NCBI GenBank assembly: GCA_964247135.1
Contig: CAXTTL010000029.1
Coordinates: forward strand, 1 to 31,254
Length of the DNA: 31,254 nucleotides
Source: an uncultured Deinococcales bacterium
Lineage (GTDB): Bacteria; Deinococcota; Deinococci; Deinococcales; JAAFIG01
Direction: 5' to 3'
Shown here: positions 9,086 to 18,579 of the stretch, one piece after another
Layout: each line of letters opens with the position of its first letter
Numbering within the stretch: position 1 is the first letter of the stretch
Program-made: the position numbers and the translations under genes
Notes under the pieces: generated by a model
The model's database searches: none
Told to the model about the DNA's origin: nothing
Seen by the model: the letters and a program-made list of their open reading frames with translations, nothing else

Positions 9086-9796
9086 ATGAAAAAACTTGCT
9101 TTTCTCTTCAGCACACTCTTCTTGGGCGTTGCCCTGGCTCAAACCGTGATCGCCCCAAAAACCCTGGCGTTGCTCGAGAAAGCCAAAATCACCCAGGGCG
9201 GGCAGGCGCTCGAGAATTTGAAAACCTACCAGGAAAAGGCAAACCTGACCATCTATCAAAATGGCGTTGTGGCTGGCGCATTGGACGGTCTTTCACTGGT
9301 CGATTTTGGCAAACAACAGGTGCGCCTCGAATTGAGCGCGGCGGGCAATTTGGCTCAGATCATTCAGGTCGATCCAAACGAAGCTTGGACTTGGACCGAG
9401 GCATCTGGCACGGTCAAACTGCCGGCAGCCCAGGCAAAACCAATTCGAGATTCTCTGTATCAAGGTATTTTTGCGCTGCGCTTTGGCACACAAGAGCTTG
9501 ATGCGGCAAGCAGCAACGGCATGGTCGAATTGCCTGGCGGCATCAAAGGTGAATCGGTCACGATCAGCGCCAAAGGGGCGGTCAGCAAACTGGTTTTTGA
9601 TACGGACGCAACAGTTGTGGGTTCTCAAGATGAGGACACCAATTCGGTTTACGGCGATTTTCGCCTGGTTGACGGTATCAAAGTCGCTTTTTCCAGCAAA
9701 CTTTATCAGGGTACAGAACTTTCCATCGAAACCACAACCTCGGGTGTTCTAATCAACCCAAGTTTCAGCGACAAAACCTTCGCCAAACCCAAGTAA
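9086..9796 (+). CDS. Secreted beta-rich protein (LolA-like/outer-membrane lipoprotein-sorting-like)
   Basis: AAGGAGG SD, signal peptide MKKLAF...ALA, GG..AL..LKTY, YGDFRLVDGIKV motif. Confidence 0.65.
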   Translation: MKKLAFLFSTLFLGVALAQTVIAPKTLALLEKAKITQGGQALENLKTYQEKANLTIYQNGVVAGALDGLSLVDFGKQQVRLELSAAGNLAQIIQVDPNEAWTWTEASGTVKLPAAQAKPIRDSLYQGIFALRFGTQELDAASSNGMVELPGGIKGESVTISAKGAVSKLVFDTDATVVGSQDEDTNSVYGDFRLVDGIKVAFSSKLYQGTELSIETTTSGVLINPSFSDKTFAKPK

Positions 9797-9814
9797 GCCA
9801 GTCTCTTCTAACCG

Positions 9815-9843
9815 CCCTCGAGCCTCAAAACTCGAGGGTTTTT
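9815..9843 (+). terminator. Intrinsic terminator
   Basis: CCCTCGAG/CTCGAGGG stem plus TTTTT. Confidence 0.65.
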
Positions 9844-9854
9844 GAATGGTGAAC

Positions 9855-10117
9855 ATGAAAAAATGATCTTCGGTTTGATGCTTGCCGCCCTCAGCCTGAG
9901 CATTTCAAGTGCCGCCACCGTGAGCGCACAAGATGTCTTTGACGAGGTGAATTACTTTCTGGTTTTGAATTACGGTGGTTTTTCGAGCGCCAACGTGCGA
10001 GGCTTTGCCGATCAGTACCAACCGAAACTCGATGCCGCCTGCAAAGACAAATCCGCTTGCCCCGCCGAAAATGCGTATCTTGTCATCGAAGCCATGCTCG
10101 AGGGTCTGAGACGTTAA
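9855..10117 (+). pseudogene. Truncated N-terminal fragment of an S41 family peptidase
   Basis: Signal peptide plus AQDVFDEVNYFL.LNYGG...LDAAC...CP...AY..IEAML resembles Deinococcota S41 N-termini; stops at ~85 aa; ATG AAA AAA TGA apparent frameshift at start. Confidence 0.55.
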
Positions 10118-10156
10118 ACTTTTCAAGCTCGAGTATGATGCGTCAAGAGGTTTCGA

Positions 10157-10783
10157 TTGACCAAGACACGGAAAATTGGTTTTTACGGCGGCAGCTTCGA
10201 CCCGATTCACTGGGGTCATTTGGGGGCTGCCATCGAATTTGGCTATCAGCTTGGGTTGGACAAAGTGCTGCTCTCCCCCACCGGCGACCCGCCGCACAAA
10301 ACCCCCAGAGCCAGCCCCGAACAACGCTTTGAAATGGTGCGCCGCGCCGCGCTCGAATACCCGCTTCTTGAAGCCACGCGCCTCGAGCTTGACTCCCCAG
10401 GTCCGCATTACACCGCAAAGACGCTCGAGCGGCTGCATGATCTCGAGCCTGATGCGCAAATTTTTTTATTAACTGGGCGTGACGCGGCATTGTCGCTTCA
10501 GGAATGGTTTCGACCCGAGACGATTTTACGCCTGGCAACCTTGGTGGTCGCAGATCGTGAAGATTCGAGCAAGAAATCCTCAGTTCATTCTGAACCAAAA
10601 TCGGGCGTTCAGACGTATACTTTACAAGCCCTGCCTTCAGGGACACTCGAGCTTCATTGGTTGGGTGTGAACGCCTCGAGCACGGTTGTCCGCGCTCGGA
10701 TTGCACAAGGAGCACCGATTGAGTACCTCGTCCCAAAAAGTGTCAACCAGTTCATCGTTGAGCAGCAACTTTACCGAAACTGA
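10157..10783 (+). CDS. nadD: Nicotinate-nucleotide adenylyltransferase
   Basis: GFYGGSFDPIHWGH, PPHK, SST.VR motifs. Confidence 0.93.
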   Translation: MTKTRKIGFYGGSFDPIHWGHLGAAIEFGYQLGLDKVLLSPTGDPPHKTPRASPEQRFEMVRRAALEYPLLEATRLELDSPGPHYTAKTLERLHDLEPDAQIFLLTGRDAALSLQEWFRPETILRLATLVVADREDSSKKSSVHSEPKSGVQTYTLQALPSGTLELHWLGVNASSTVVRARIAQGAPIEYLVPKSVNQFIVEQQLYRN

Positions 10784-11369
10784 TATTGAAGGTTCGGACA
10801 CGATTCAATTCTGGCTCGAGCGGGTGCGCAGCATGGTCAAACCCGAACGTTTTGAGCATGTTTTGCGGGTCGCGGCGCTCGCCAAGGACATTGCGCATTC
10901 CAACGGTTTGCACGAATTTAAAGCCTACCTGGCAGGAGTCTTGCACGACATTGCCAGGGATTTATCAGGCGAAGAATTGTTGCGCCTCGCGCCGCCGGAG
11001 TCCGAGATGGACGCCGCGCACCCGCTGGCGGTTCATGGGCGGGCGGGACGGGCTATTTTGGAAGGTTACGGCTTCAACGACACCGAAATTTTGGACGCCG
11101 TCGAGGATCACACCACCGCCCCCCGAGAGGACAGACTGCTGAGCATGTGCCTCTACGTTGCCGATGTCACCGAGCCAGGGCGCGGCGTCAACCACCACAT
11201 TCGGGAATTGGCATTTCGAGATTTGCCCAAAGCCTTTGCCGAGGCGGTGGCTTGCAAAGTCAGATACCTGCAAAAAAAGGGCGTGCCGGTGCATCCACGC
11301 ACCCTAGCGGCGTATGGGCGCTTGACACTCGAGGGTCAAATCCCCGACGATCTCGAGTGTGGTGATTGA
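10758..11369 (+). CDS. yqeK: HD-domain Ap4A hydrolase YqeK (start uncertain)
   Basis: RFEHVLRVA, LAGVLHDIA, HG, HTT, LYVAD..EPGR; follows nadD. Confidence 0.88.
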   Translation: MSSNFTETDIEGSDTIQFWLERVRSMVKPERFEHVLRVAALAKDIAHSNGLHEFKAYLAGVLHDIARDLSGEELLRLAPPESEMDAAHPLAVHGRAGRAILEGYGFNDTEILDAVEDHTTAPREDRLLSMCLYVADVTEPGRGVNHHIRELAFRDLPKAFAEAVACKVRYLQKKGVPVHPRTLAAYGRLTLEGQIPDDLECGD

Positions 11370-11486
11370 ACTTTTCACGGTAAGCTCATATCGTATTTTA
11401 TGATGCTGGTACCGAGCGCGATGCTCGAGAGGTTGAGAGAACCGCATGTTGAACGATTCAAAATTATTTGGTCATTCGAGGAACGC

Positions 11487-12836
11487 ATGAGTTGGCGACG
11501 GGCGTTTCAAGTCGGTGGGTTGATGGCAGCCATTTTAAGCCTCGCCTCGTATTACATTGTCGAAGCCAAACCCGAAAAACGAAGCTTGGCGACCCCCAAC
11601 TGGTACACGCCAAGCGGCGACGTTCCAACCTTTAACATGATTATTGCTGGGCGCGACATTGCCTACTGCAAACCTGGTTTTGGACCGATTGGATTGGCAG
11701 CCGAACCCTGCAAAGGTGCAGAGCGTTACAACGGACGCACCGACACGATGATGTTTGTGCGGGTTCAACCTGGACGTATGGATGTGATGTCCATTCCCAG
11801 GGATACCTTGGTCAAAGATAAATTTGGCTATCACAAAATCAACGCGAGTTTCTTTGACGGCGGTCAAGCGGCGATGCTCGAGGCTGGGTTCACGGCGCTC
11901 AAAGACCCAGGTGCCGAAGAGCCTTACCTGCAAGGCGGGGTGGCGCAATTGAAAGCCTCGGCGGAGTCGCTGCTTGGCGTGGGCATCGATTATTATGTGG
12001 TGTTTAACGTTGAACTGGTCGAGAAAGTGATCGATGCTTTGGGCGGCGTGAACGTCAATTTGCCCGAAGCCATGAAGTACACCGACCGCGCCGCCAACCT
12101 CTACATTGATCTGCCCGCCGGAAATTCGCACCTGGACGGCAAGAAGGCTGTGGGGTACTTGCGTTTTCGTCACGGCACGGGCAGCGATTACGCCCGCATG
12201 GATCGCGGCAAGGACGTGATTGGACAATTGTTGGCAAAAGTCAAAAGTCCAGCCGCCTTCGGCTTGTTGCCAACTTTAATATCAGGTTTACAAAACGATG
12301 TCGTGACCAACGTCACCCCAGATTTGGTGCAAAAAATGCTGGCTTCCGCCAGGGGTTTGACCCCGCACTTTGACACCCTGCCAACCACCGAAAACAATAT
12401 CGTTGGACAGCAAATCATTGCCGGTTCGTACCTGATTCCAAACGATGCCGAGATCAAAGCCAAACTCGAGACGGTCTTGACCCAAGCGCCAACCTCGAGC
12501 GACCTCGTGCTGCCCACCAGTCCTCCAACCGTGGTCAACCAGAGCGGTATTCCAGGTTTGGGCGAGGCAATGGCAGATTATTTACAACGCAAAGGTTGGC
12601 TCAGCGCCAACGTCATCACGCTCGAGCCGAGCAGCACCCCCACGCAGATCATGCGGCGAAGTTGGGGCGATGCGCTGAGCGCCGAATTTTACGCCAGGGT
12701 GCTGGGCGTCAGCGTCAGCACGCCCTACCGTTACCCTGATGGCGCGAAAAACATTGTGATTTTTTTGGGCAAAGATGCGGGCAGCAAGTATGCAGCCTTG
12801 GCGCTCGAGGCAAAGAATCTGGTGCCCAAACCCTGA
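11487..12836 (+). CDS. LCP (LytR-CpsA-Psr) family protein with LytR C-terminal domain
   Basis: N-terminal TM, GRTDTMM, SIPRDT, KINA, YLRFRH..SDYARMDR. Confidence 0.9.
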   Translation: MSWRRAFQVGGLMAAILSLASYYIVEAKPEKRSLATPNWYTPSGDVPTFNMIIAGRDIAYCKPGFGPIGLAAEPCKGAERYNGRTDTMMFVRVQPGRMDVMSIPRDTLVKDKFGYHKINASFFDGGQAAMLEAGFTALKDPGAEEPYLQGGVAQLKASAESLLGVGIDYYVVFNVELVEKVIDALGGVNVNLPEAMKYTDRAANLYIDLPAGNSHLDGKKAVGYLRFRHGTGSDYARMDRGKDVIGQLLAKVKSPAAFGLLPTLISGLQNDVVTNVTPDLVQKMLASARGLTPHFDTLPTTENNIVGQQIIAGSYLIPNDAEIKAKLETVLTQAPTSSDLVLPTSPPTVVNQSGIPGLGEAMADYLQRKGWLSANVITLEPSSTPTQIMRRSWGDALSAEFYARVLGVSVSTPYRYPDGAKNIVIFLGKDAGSKYAALALEAKNLVPKP

Positions 12837-12874
12837 AATCGTACTCGAGGCTGTCCAGCTCGGCGCAACGAATC

Positions 12875-12922
12875 AAAGCCCAACTCGAGGTGAGCGTCAC
12901 GGCTGTACTCGAGTTGAGCTTT
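12875..12922. terminator. Probable bidirectional terminator between convergent genes
   Basis: AAAGCCCAACTCGAG/CTCGAGTTGAGCTTT inverted repeat with 1 mismatch. Confidence 0.55.
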
Positions 12923-12936
12923 TGAAATCTTTATTT

Positions 12937-13413
12937 TTACCAGGCGAGCGCATCGCCCATGATGACATCGGGCACACCGAGGCGTCTGAGCATGTACATC
13001 AGTTGTGAGCGGTGGTGCGCCGAATGGGTGATCACATGCACGATGGTCGTGCCGTAACTGAAAGAAGTCGGTTGGTCGTCACGCACCTGCCATTTTTCGT
13101 CCAGTAGCCCGTCCGTCTGTTGGCGCTGGGAAACCTCGGCAAACTCGAGCGCCACAACCTCGAGCCGTTTGCTGAAGCCATCGAGGGTCATTGGGTCTTC
13201 GCCAAGATGTTCAAAACCGCGCCTTTGAAGACCATTCATCAGGTCTGTCCACCACTCCATGTTCTCAATGATATGGTCAATCGTGGCACGTACCGTCCGA
13301 AGACCGATGTCAAATTTCTGATCGAGTTGGTCATTGCTAAGCCCACGGCTCTGTTCGATCAGACGAGCCGTCGTCCAGGCGTTGTGGGCTAACAACCGAT
13401 CAAGGATATCCAT
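12937..13413 (-). CDS. DinB family protein
   Basis: HN.W, TIDHI, HVITHSAHHRSQL...LRRLG. Confidence 0.88.
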   Translation of the reverse strand: MDILDRLLAHNAWTTARLIEQSRGLSNDQLDQKFDIGLRTVRATIDHIIENMEWWTDLMNGLQRRGFEHLGEDPMTLDGFSKRLEVVALEFAEVSQRQQTDGLLDEKWQVRDDQPTSFSYGTTIVHVITHSAHHRSQLMYMLRRLGVPDVIMGDALAW

Positions 13414-13414
13414 A

Positions 13415-13822
13415 TTATTTTGCGATTTCCCAGATGTGACCGCCTGGGTCTTTGAAGCTGGCGGTGCGAACGCCCCAAGGTCGATCCATTGGACCATTCA
13501 GCAAGACCACACCGCGTTTTTTCAGGTCTTCGCAGCTTGCGTCCACATCTTCAACGGTGATGGTGAACACAAAACGTGACCCCGCTTCCTGGTTTGCCGC
13601 CTTCGCCGGCGCGATCAATTCGTTTGCCTGGGTGATTTTGAGCAAGTTGATCATCATGTTTTTGAAACTGAACACGGCTGAGTTCGGGTCCTCGAAGACG
13701 ATGGATAACCCAAAAACCTCTTGGTAAAACTGTTTGGTGGCAGCCAAATCCTCGACGAATAACGTCACAACGTTGATGCTCCAATCACTGACGGCACGAA
13801 GTTCACTGGCTGTATTCATCAT
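13415..13822 (-). CDS. VOC/glyoxalase family protein
   Basis: VTLFVEDL...FY..VFG, DRPWG.R...FKDPGGHIWEI; AAGGAGA SD. Confidence 0.9.
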   Translation of the reverse strand: MMNTASELRAVSDWSINVVTLFVEDLAATKQFYQEVFGLSIVFEDPNSAVFSFKNMMINLLKITQANELIAPAKAANQEAGSRFVFTITVEDVDASCEDLKKRGVVLLNGPMDRPWGVRTASFKDPGGHIWEIAK

Positions 13823-13888
13823 CAGTCTCCTTTTAGAGCAACTCGAGGAAACTTCTGTTGGCTTCCTCGAGGGTATTCAAAATGATGG

Positions 13889-15280
13889 TTACAAGACTTC
13901 AATCATGGTGTTGTTGCCAGGCTTGGAAGTTGTCGGGCGGTAACTGCGAAGGTACAAAGCCCCGCCCCAAACAACGACCAGCGCAAACACCAGCATCAAA
14001 TTGCTGAACGCCGCATGTTTTGGGACAGCACCGCTCGAGAAAAGTGAAAACGCAAACCAACCGCTGTCAAGGATTTTACCGACCAATGCCGTGCCAACCG
14101 CACCAGAGATGATGCTGACCAAATTAAACATTCCCATGCCGACACCAGTTTCGTGCGGCGCTAGGGTTTGGGAAACACTGTTGACCATTGCGGTTTGAAA
14201 CAGGGTAAAACCGATGAAGGTAAACAGCATCGCTGCGCCCACCGCGAGCGGCGATATGCCGAGCACAAACGACATCAAGACCAAACTGAAAACCAGCAGC
14301 GTCAAGCCAAGGCTCACCACAAAGTTGCTGCCGCGTTTATCGGAGAGCGTGCCCGCAATCGGACCAAAAACCACCGAACTGATCGCGCCAGGAAACAGCA
14401 CCAAACCGATCTGGTTTGTCTGGAGCTGATGAATCTGGTGGAGCATCAACGGAATTAGAAATTGAATGCCAATGACGATGGAGAACAGGCTAAAACCGAC
14501 GATCAGGCTGTTGCGAAATTTGGTGTTGGCAAAAAGCGAGGGTTCAATAAATGGATTTTTTGCCGTCCGAATCCAAACGATAAACGCCGTCAGAAAACCG
14601 ACAAACGCCAGCAGGAAATACCATTGGCTGTAATTCAGGTAAACGATCAGACCACCGACCGTCAGGGCAACCAAAGCCGCGCCAACAAGGTCAACCGTGC
14701 CCGCTCGAGGTGTCTCTTGGGGCAGTACCTTACCCAAGAATGGAATGGCAATCAGAACCGGCAAAGGAATTAAAAACAGAAAAGCCCAATGAAAACTCCC
14801 AGCGATAAAACCGCCAATCACTGGACCACAACCAATGGCTATCGAGACGATTGAGGTGATAAAGCCAAAGACCTTGCCGCGCTCTGAAACCGCGATGTGG
14901 CGTGCGATCACCACAAAAATCAGGGCGGGCAGCGCCGAACCGCCGATGCCCTGAATGGCTCGAGCCAGGATCACCATTGGGTAAGAGGATTGAAAGACAA
15001 AACCCAAGATCGAACCGAGGTTGTAAATCACAATTCCAATCACCAGCAATTTTCGCGCGCTGAAAATATCGGACAGCCTGCCGTAAATGACCGAACCGAT
15101 GCCAAAAAACACCAGAAAAATCGTCATGACCCAACTGACTCCCGAAGCGTTCAAGGAAAACTGCTCGGCGATTTTGGGCGTGGAAACGTTGAACACGGTT
15201 TCGTTGAGGACGGCAAAGAAAATCAGGTAGGTCATCCAGAGGACGATGCCGCGTTGGTTGACGGTTGGTTCGGTGTTCAT
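13889..15280 (-). CDS. MFS efflux transporter, Tet(L)/Tet(K)-like DHA2 family
   Basis: FFAVLNETVFNVSTPKIA, YGRLSD, ARAIQGIG, RGKVFG, GPVIGGFIA...HW; AGGAG SD before ATG 15280. Confidence 0.85.
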   Translation of the reverse strand: MNTEPTVNQRGIVLWMTYLIFFAVLNETVFNVSTPKIAEQFSLNASGVSWVMTIFLVFFGIGSVIYGRLSDIFSARKLLVIGIVIYNLGSILGFVFQSSYPMVILARAIQGIGGSALPALIFVVIARHIAVSERGKVFGFITSIVSIAIGCGPVIGGFIAGSFHWAFLFLIPLPVLIAIPFLGKVLPQETPRAGTVDLVGAALVALTVGGLIVYLNYSQWYFLLAFVGFLTAFIVWIRTAKNPFIEPSLFANTKFRNSLIVGFSLFSIVIGIQFLIPLMLHQIHQLQTNQIGLVLFPGAISSVVFGPIAGTLSDKRGSNFVVSLGLTLLVFSLVLMSFVLGISPLAVGAAMLFTFIGFTLFQTAMVNSVSQTLAPHETGVGMGMFNLVSIISGAVGTALVGKILDSGWFAFSLFSSGAVPKHAAFSNLMLVFALVVVWGGALYLRSYRPTTSKPGNNTMIEVL

Positions 15281-15389
15281 CGAAAACTCCTGTTCTGCGA
15301 AATCATCTTGGCAATTTGCATCTCGAGTCACCACCGGATTGTGATTTTGATATTCGGCTCAAGGGATTCTCGAGCGTTTCGTCTTAAAC

Positions 15390-15418
15390 ATAATAAGATT
15401 TTGTCAATCTGGTGTCAA
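15390..15418 (-). promoter_or_regulatory. Near-consensus sigma70 promoter for MFS-VOC-DinB
   Basis: TTGACA-17-TATTAT on minus strand. Confidence 0.75.
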
Positions 15419-15446
15419 ACGTATTTTTGCGCATGATGACTACGCC

Positions 15447-16031
15447 TCAAGTTCCCATAGAACCCAACTTAACTTCTCCGGCTCGCTTGTAATAGGCAGC
15501 AATCACTCCGCTTGGCGTCGCGGTGCTCTCTATCAAACTGAAGGCTGCCAGAATCGTACCGTCCGCAAACAACTTGTTTCCGGTGCCGAGCGTCACCGGA
15601 TGAATGAGAAGCCAGAGTTCATCCACCAAATCATGTTTAAGCAGCGTCTGCACCAAATTACCGCTGCCGTGGACTTGAAGATCAGAACCTTCCGATTGTT
15701 TGAGTTTTTTGATGTCATCCACGCTTTTCAAAAAAACTGAATTTTTCCAATCTGACTCTTCCAGGGTGCTGCTCATCACGTATTTTGTGACTTCATTAAC
15801 GCCGTGCCAGAGGTCCTCGTGTTCAGGAAAGAAGGAAGCAAAAGTCTCAAAGGTTTTTCTGCCCAAAAGTAGGTCTTTCGCCGGTTGCTTTTGTTGTTCC
15901 GCGATCTTATCAAGGGTTTCATCGTAATACGGAGCGCTCCAACCGCCATATTTGAAACCCTCCTCGGGTCCACCGGCGGCTTGCATGACGCCATCCAAGG
16001 TCATAAATGATCCGACAACTATTTTTCTCAT
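15447..16031 (-). CDS. Dihydrofolate reductase-like (RibD C-terminal) protein
   Basis: MRKIVV..FMTLDGVMQA.GG, LLLGRKTF, VHGSGNLVQTL, LVDE..L.IHPV.LG.G..LF; GGAGG SD. Confidence 0.88.
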   Translation of the reverse strand: MRKIVVGSFMTLDGVMQAAGGPEEGFKYGGWSAPYYDETLDKIAEQQKQPAKDLLLGRKTFETFASFFPEHEDLWHGVNEVTKYVMSSTLEESDWKNSVFLKSVDDIKKLKQSEGSDLQVHGSGNLVQTLLKHDLVDELWLLIHPVTLGTGNKLFADGTILAAFSLIESTATPSGVIAAYYKRAGEVKLGSMGT

Positions 16032-16309
16032 GGTTACAGCCTCCAAAGTTCAATGCCCAAAACATTCCTCACGTACTGAACTGCCCATATTGATCGTGTC
16101 GCCGAGTTTTTGAGAAGCCATCGTCCTGAAACCAGTTTGGTCGAAGTCCTTGCCATTTTTCTTGGCAACCATGTTGTTTTTTGTTTGATTGAAGTTGGCT
16201 GTCTCTGGGAGGGTAAAGTAAGTGGATGTTTTCAGTCGCTCATACAACCCTCCTTGAAAACTGCGGCTTGTTTGTGCTCACTGGGCGTGAAATCGGTACT
16301 TCGCTTACT

Positions 16310-16326
16310 TGTGTACGCTGTACACA
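16310..16326. promoter_or_regulatory. Palindromic operator, likely for the adjacent TetR
   Basis: TGTGTAC-GCT-GTACACA perfect inverted repeat next to -10-like TACTAT (16328-16333). Confidence 0.65.
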
Positions 16327-16365
16327 TTACTATGTTTTGGACAGAATAGCAAGGGGGTTGATTGT

Positions 16366-17010
16366 ATAGGTCGTAAAAAAGATCAGCCAGAGGAGCGAGA
16401 CACCTACCGCCACGGTGACTTGCACAACGCCCTGATCGGCGTTTGTCTCGACATGGCTCGAGTCGGCGGACCCGATGCCGTTATCTTGCGCGAAGCAACC
16501 AGACGCATTGGTGTCGCTCCCAATGCCGCCTACCGTCACTTCAAAGACCGTGATGCCCTGCTCGCCGCCGTCTGCTCCGCCGCCCAAGCCGAATTCGCTC
16601 GAGCCATCGAAGCCCAAATCGCACAGGTCAACCCTTCACAAGACCCAATTGAAGTGGCACGCGCCAGCTTTCATGCGGTTGGGATTGGCTACATGCGCTT
16701 CGCGCAAAACCAACCTGGATTGTTCCGCACCGCCTTCTGGCTTTCAAAAGACCTTCAAAAAGCGACCAGCTTTGAGCGGCGCGGCGAAAGCGGACGAACC
16801 CCATTTGAACTGCTCTGTGCCGCACTCGACGACTTGGTAGCCGTAGGCATCCTCGAGCCTGAGCGTCGAAAACACGCCGAGTTTCTGGCATGGTCGGCGG
16901 TACACGGGCTGGCAACATTATTGATCGACGGACCACTGGGCGAACTGGATGCAACATTTGCAGCGCAACTCGAGCAACGGCTGGTGAAAATGGTTGAGCG
17001 CGGCATGTGA
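16366..17010 (+). CDS. TetR/AcrR family regulator (WHG-type C-terminus); start uncertain (ATA 16366 or TTG 16309)
   Basis: YRHGDL, LREATRRIGV...AAYRHF, AWSAVHGLATL. Confidence 0.85.
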   Translation: MGRKKDQPEERDTYRHGDLHNALIGVCLDMARVGGPDAVILREATRRIGVAPNAAYRHFKDRDALLAAVCSAAQAEFARAIEAQIAQVNPSQDPIEVARASFHAVGIGYMRFAQNQPGLFRTAFWLSKDLQKATSFERRGESGRTPFELLCAALDDLVAVGILEPERRKHAEFLAWSAVHGLATLLIDGPLGELDATFAAQLEQRLVKMVERGM

Positions 17011-17064
17011 CCCGAATTAACCCAAGAAACTTGTCAGGTTTGAAACGGCTCTGTATACTTATTC

Positions 17065-18579
17065 ATGGGGAACGAGGGCGTTTTTAACGGTTACGCACCA
17101 AACGGGTTCTTCGATGAAATGTTTGAACCCGACGGCACGCCTCGAGCGCACTACGCAAAGGTGCTCGAGCGACTTGAGGCTTTGGGACGCCCCGAATTTG
17201 AGCGACGGCGCACCTTATCGGATTTGAGCTTCCGCAATCAAGGCATCACCTTTACCGTTTACGGCGACACCGAAGGCACCGAACGCACCTTTCCGTTTGA
17301 CCCAGTGCCGCGCATCATTCCCGCCCAAGAATGGGCGCACCTCGAGAGGGGTTTGACGCAGCGCGTGCTTGCCTTGAACGCGTTTTTGCGCGATGTTTAC
17401 GGCAAGGGCGAGATTTTGAACGACGGCGTCGTGCCCAGAGACTTGGTTTTAAGTGCCAGCCATTTCCGCCGCGAGGTTCACGGCATCAACCTGCCGCACG
17501 GTTTGTACACCCACGTGGTCGGCTCGGATTTGATTCGAGACGAAAACGGCACGTACATGGTGCTCGAGGACAATCTGCGCACACCCTCGGGCGTCAGTTA
17601 TTTGCTGGCAAACCGGGTCGCCATGACCCGCACCTTGCCCAGTTTGTTTCAAGACCAGGGCGTGCGCCCAGTCCAGCATTACACCACGGTGCTGCTCGAG
17701 TTGCTGCGCTCGCTCGCGCCCAGGAATGTCGAAGAGCCAACCATCGTCGTGCTGACCCCTGGGATGTACAACAGCGCCTATTTCGAGCACGCCTTTTTGG
17801 CGCAGCAAATGGGCGTGGAATTGGTTGAGGGCAGGGATTTGTTTGTCTCGGACGGCAAAGTTTGGATGCGCACCACATCTGGGCGCGAACAGGTGGACGT
17901 GATTTACCGCCGCGTCGATGACGATTACCTCGACCCACTGGCTTTTAATCCCAACTCGAGCCTCGGCGTGCCAGGTTTGCTCGAGGCGTACCGCAGCGGT
18001 CGTGTGGCGCTGGCAAACGCGATTGGTGCGGGCGTGGCGGACGACAAAGCGATTTACGCCTACGTGCCAAAAATGATCGAGTATTACCTCTCCGAGCGCC
18101 CAATCTTGCCGAACGTGCCAACGCTCTTGGGTTGGGACAAAGAAGGGCTTGCCGAAATGATGAACAGTCCAGAAAAACTGGTGATCAAAGCCGTCGGCGA
18201 GGCGGGCGGTTACGGCATGTTGGTCGGTACGGCATCGAGCAAAGCCGAGATTGCCGAGTTCATGAAAAAAGTGACCGCCAACCCGCGCAATTACATCGGA
18301 CAACCCACCATCGCCCTCTCGAGACACCCGACGTATTACCCCGACACAGGACAGTTTGAACCCTGCCATGTGGACTTGCGCCCGTACATTCTGGTCGGCG
18401 AAAAGATCACAATTGTGCCAGGCGGCTTAACCCGAGTTGCCTTAAAACGCGGCAGTCTGGTGGTCAACTCCAGTCAGGGCGGCGGCAGCAAAGACACCTG
18501 GGTGCTCGAGGACACGCACTCGGGACAAAGCCAATCCCAATCGCAGAGTCAATCGCAAAACATGGGCGGTGATGATTAA
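17065..18579 (+). CDS. Circularly permuted type 2 ATP-grasp protein
   Basis: [58 protein letters not shown]. Confidence 0.92.
   Translation: MGNEGVFNGYAPNGFFDEMFEPDGTPRAHYAKVLERLEALGRPEFERRRTLSDLSFRNQGITFTVYGDTEGTERTFPFDPVPRIIPAQEWAHLERGLTQRVLALNAFLRDVYGKGEILNDGVVPRDLVLSASHFRREVHGINLPHGLYTHVVGSDLIRDENGTYMVLEDNLRTPSGVSYLLANRVAMTRTLPSLFQDQGVRPVQHYTTVLLELLRSLAPRNVEEPTIVVLTPGMYNSAYFEHAFLAQQMGVELVEGRDLFVSDGKVWMRTTSGREQVDVIYRRVDDDYLDPLAFNPNSSLGVPGLLEAYRSGRVALANAIGAGVADDKAIYAYVPKMIEYYLSERPILPNVPTLLGWDKEGLAEMMNSPEKLVIKAVGEAGGYGMLVGTASSKAEIAEFMKKVTANPRNYIGQPTIALSRHPTYYPDTGQFEPCHVDLRPYILVGEKITIVPGGLTRVALKRGSLVVNSSQGGGSKDTWVLEDTHSGQSQSQSQSQSQNMGGDD

Noticed and set aside
16050-16247. 65-aa ORF and AAGGAGG-ATG-AGC-GAC-TGA upstream of the DHFR-like gene
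   Set aside because: Possibly a decayed gene, but no frame gives a recognisable protein, so no call is supported
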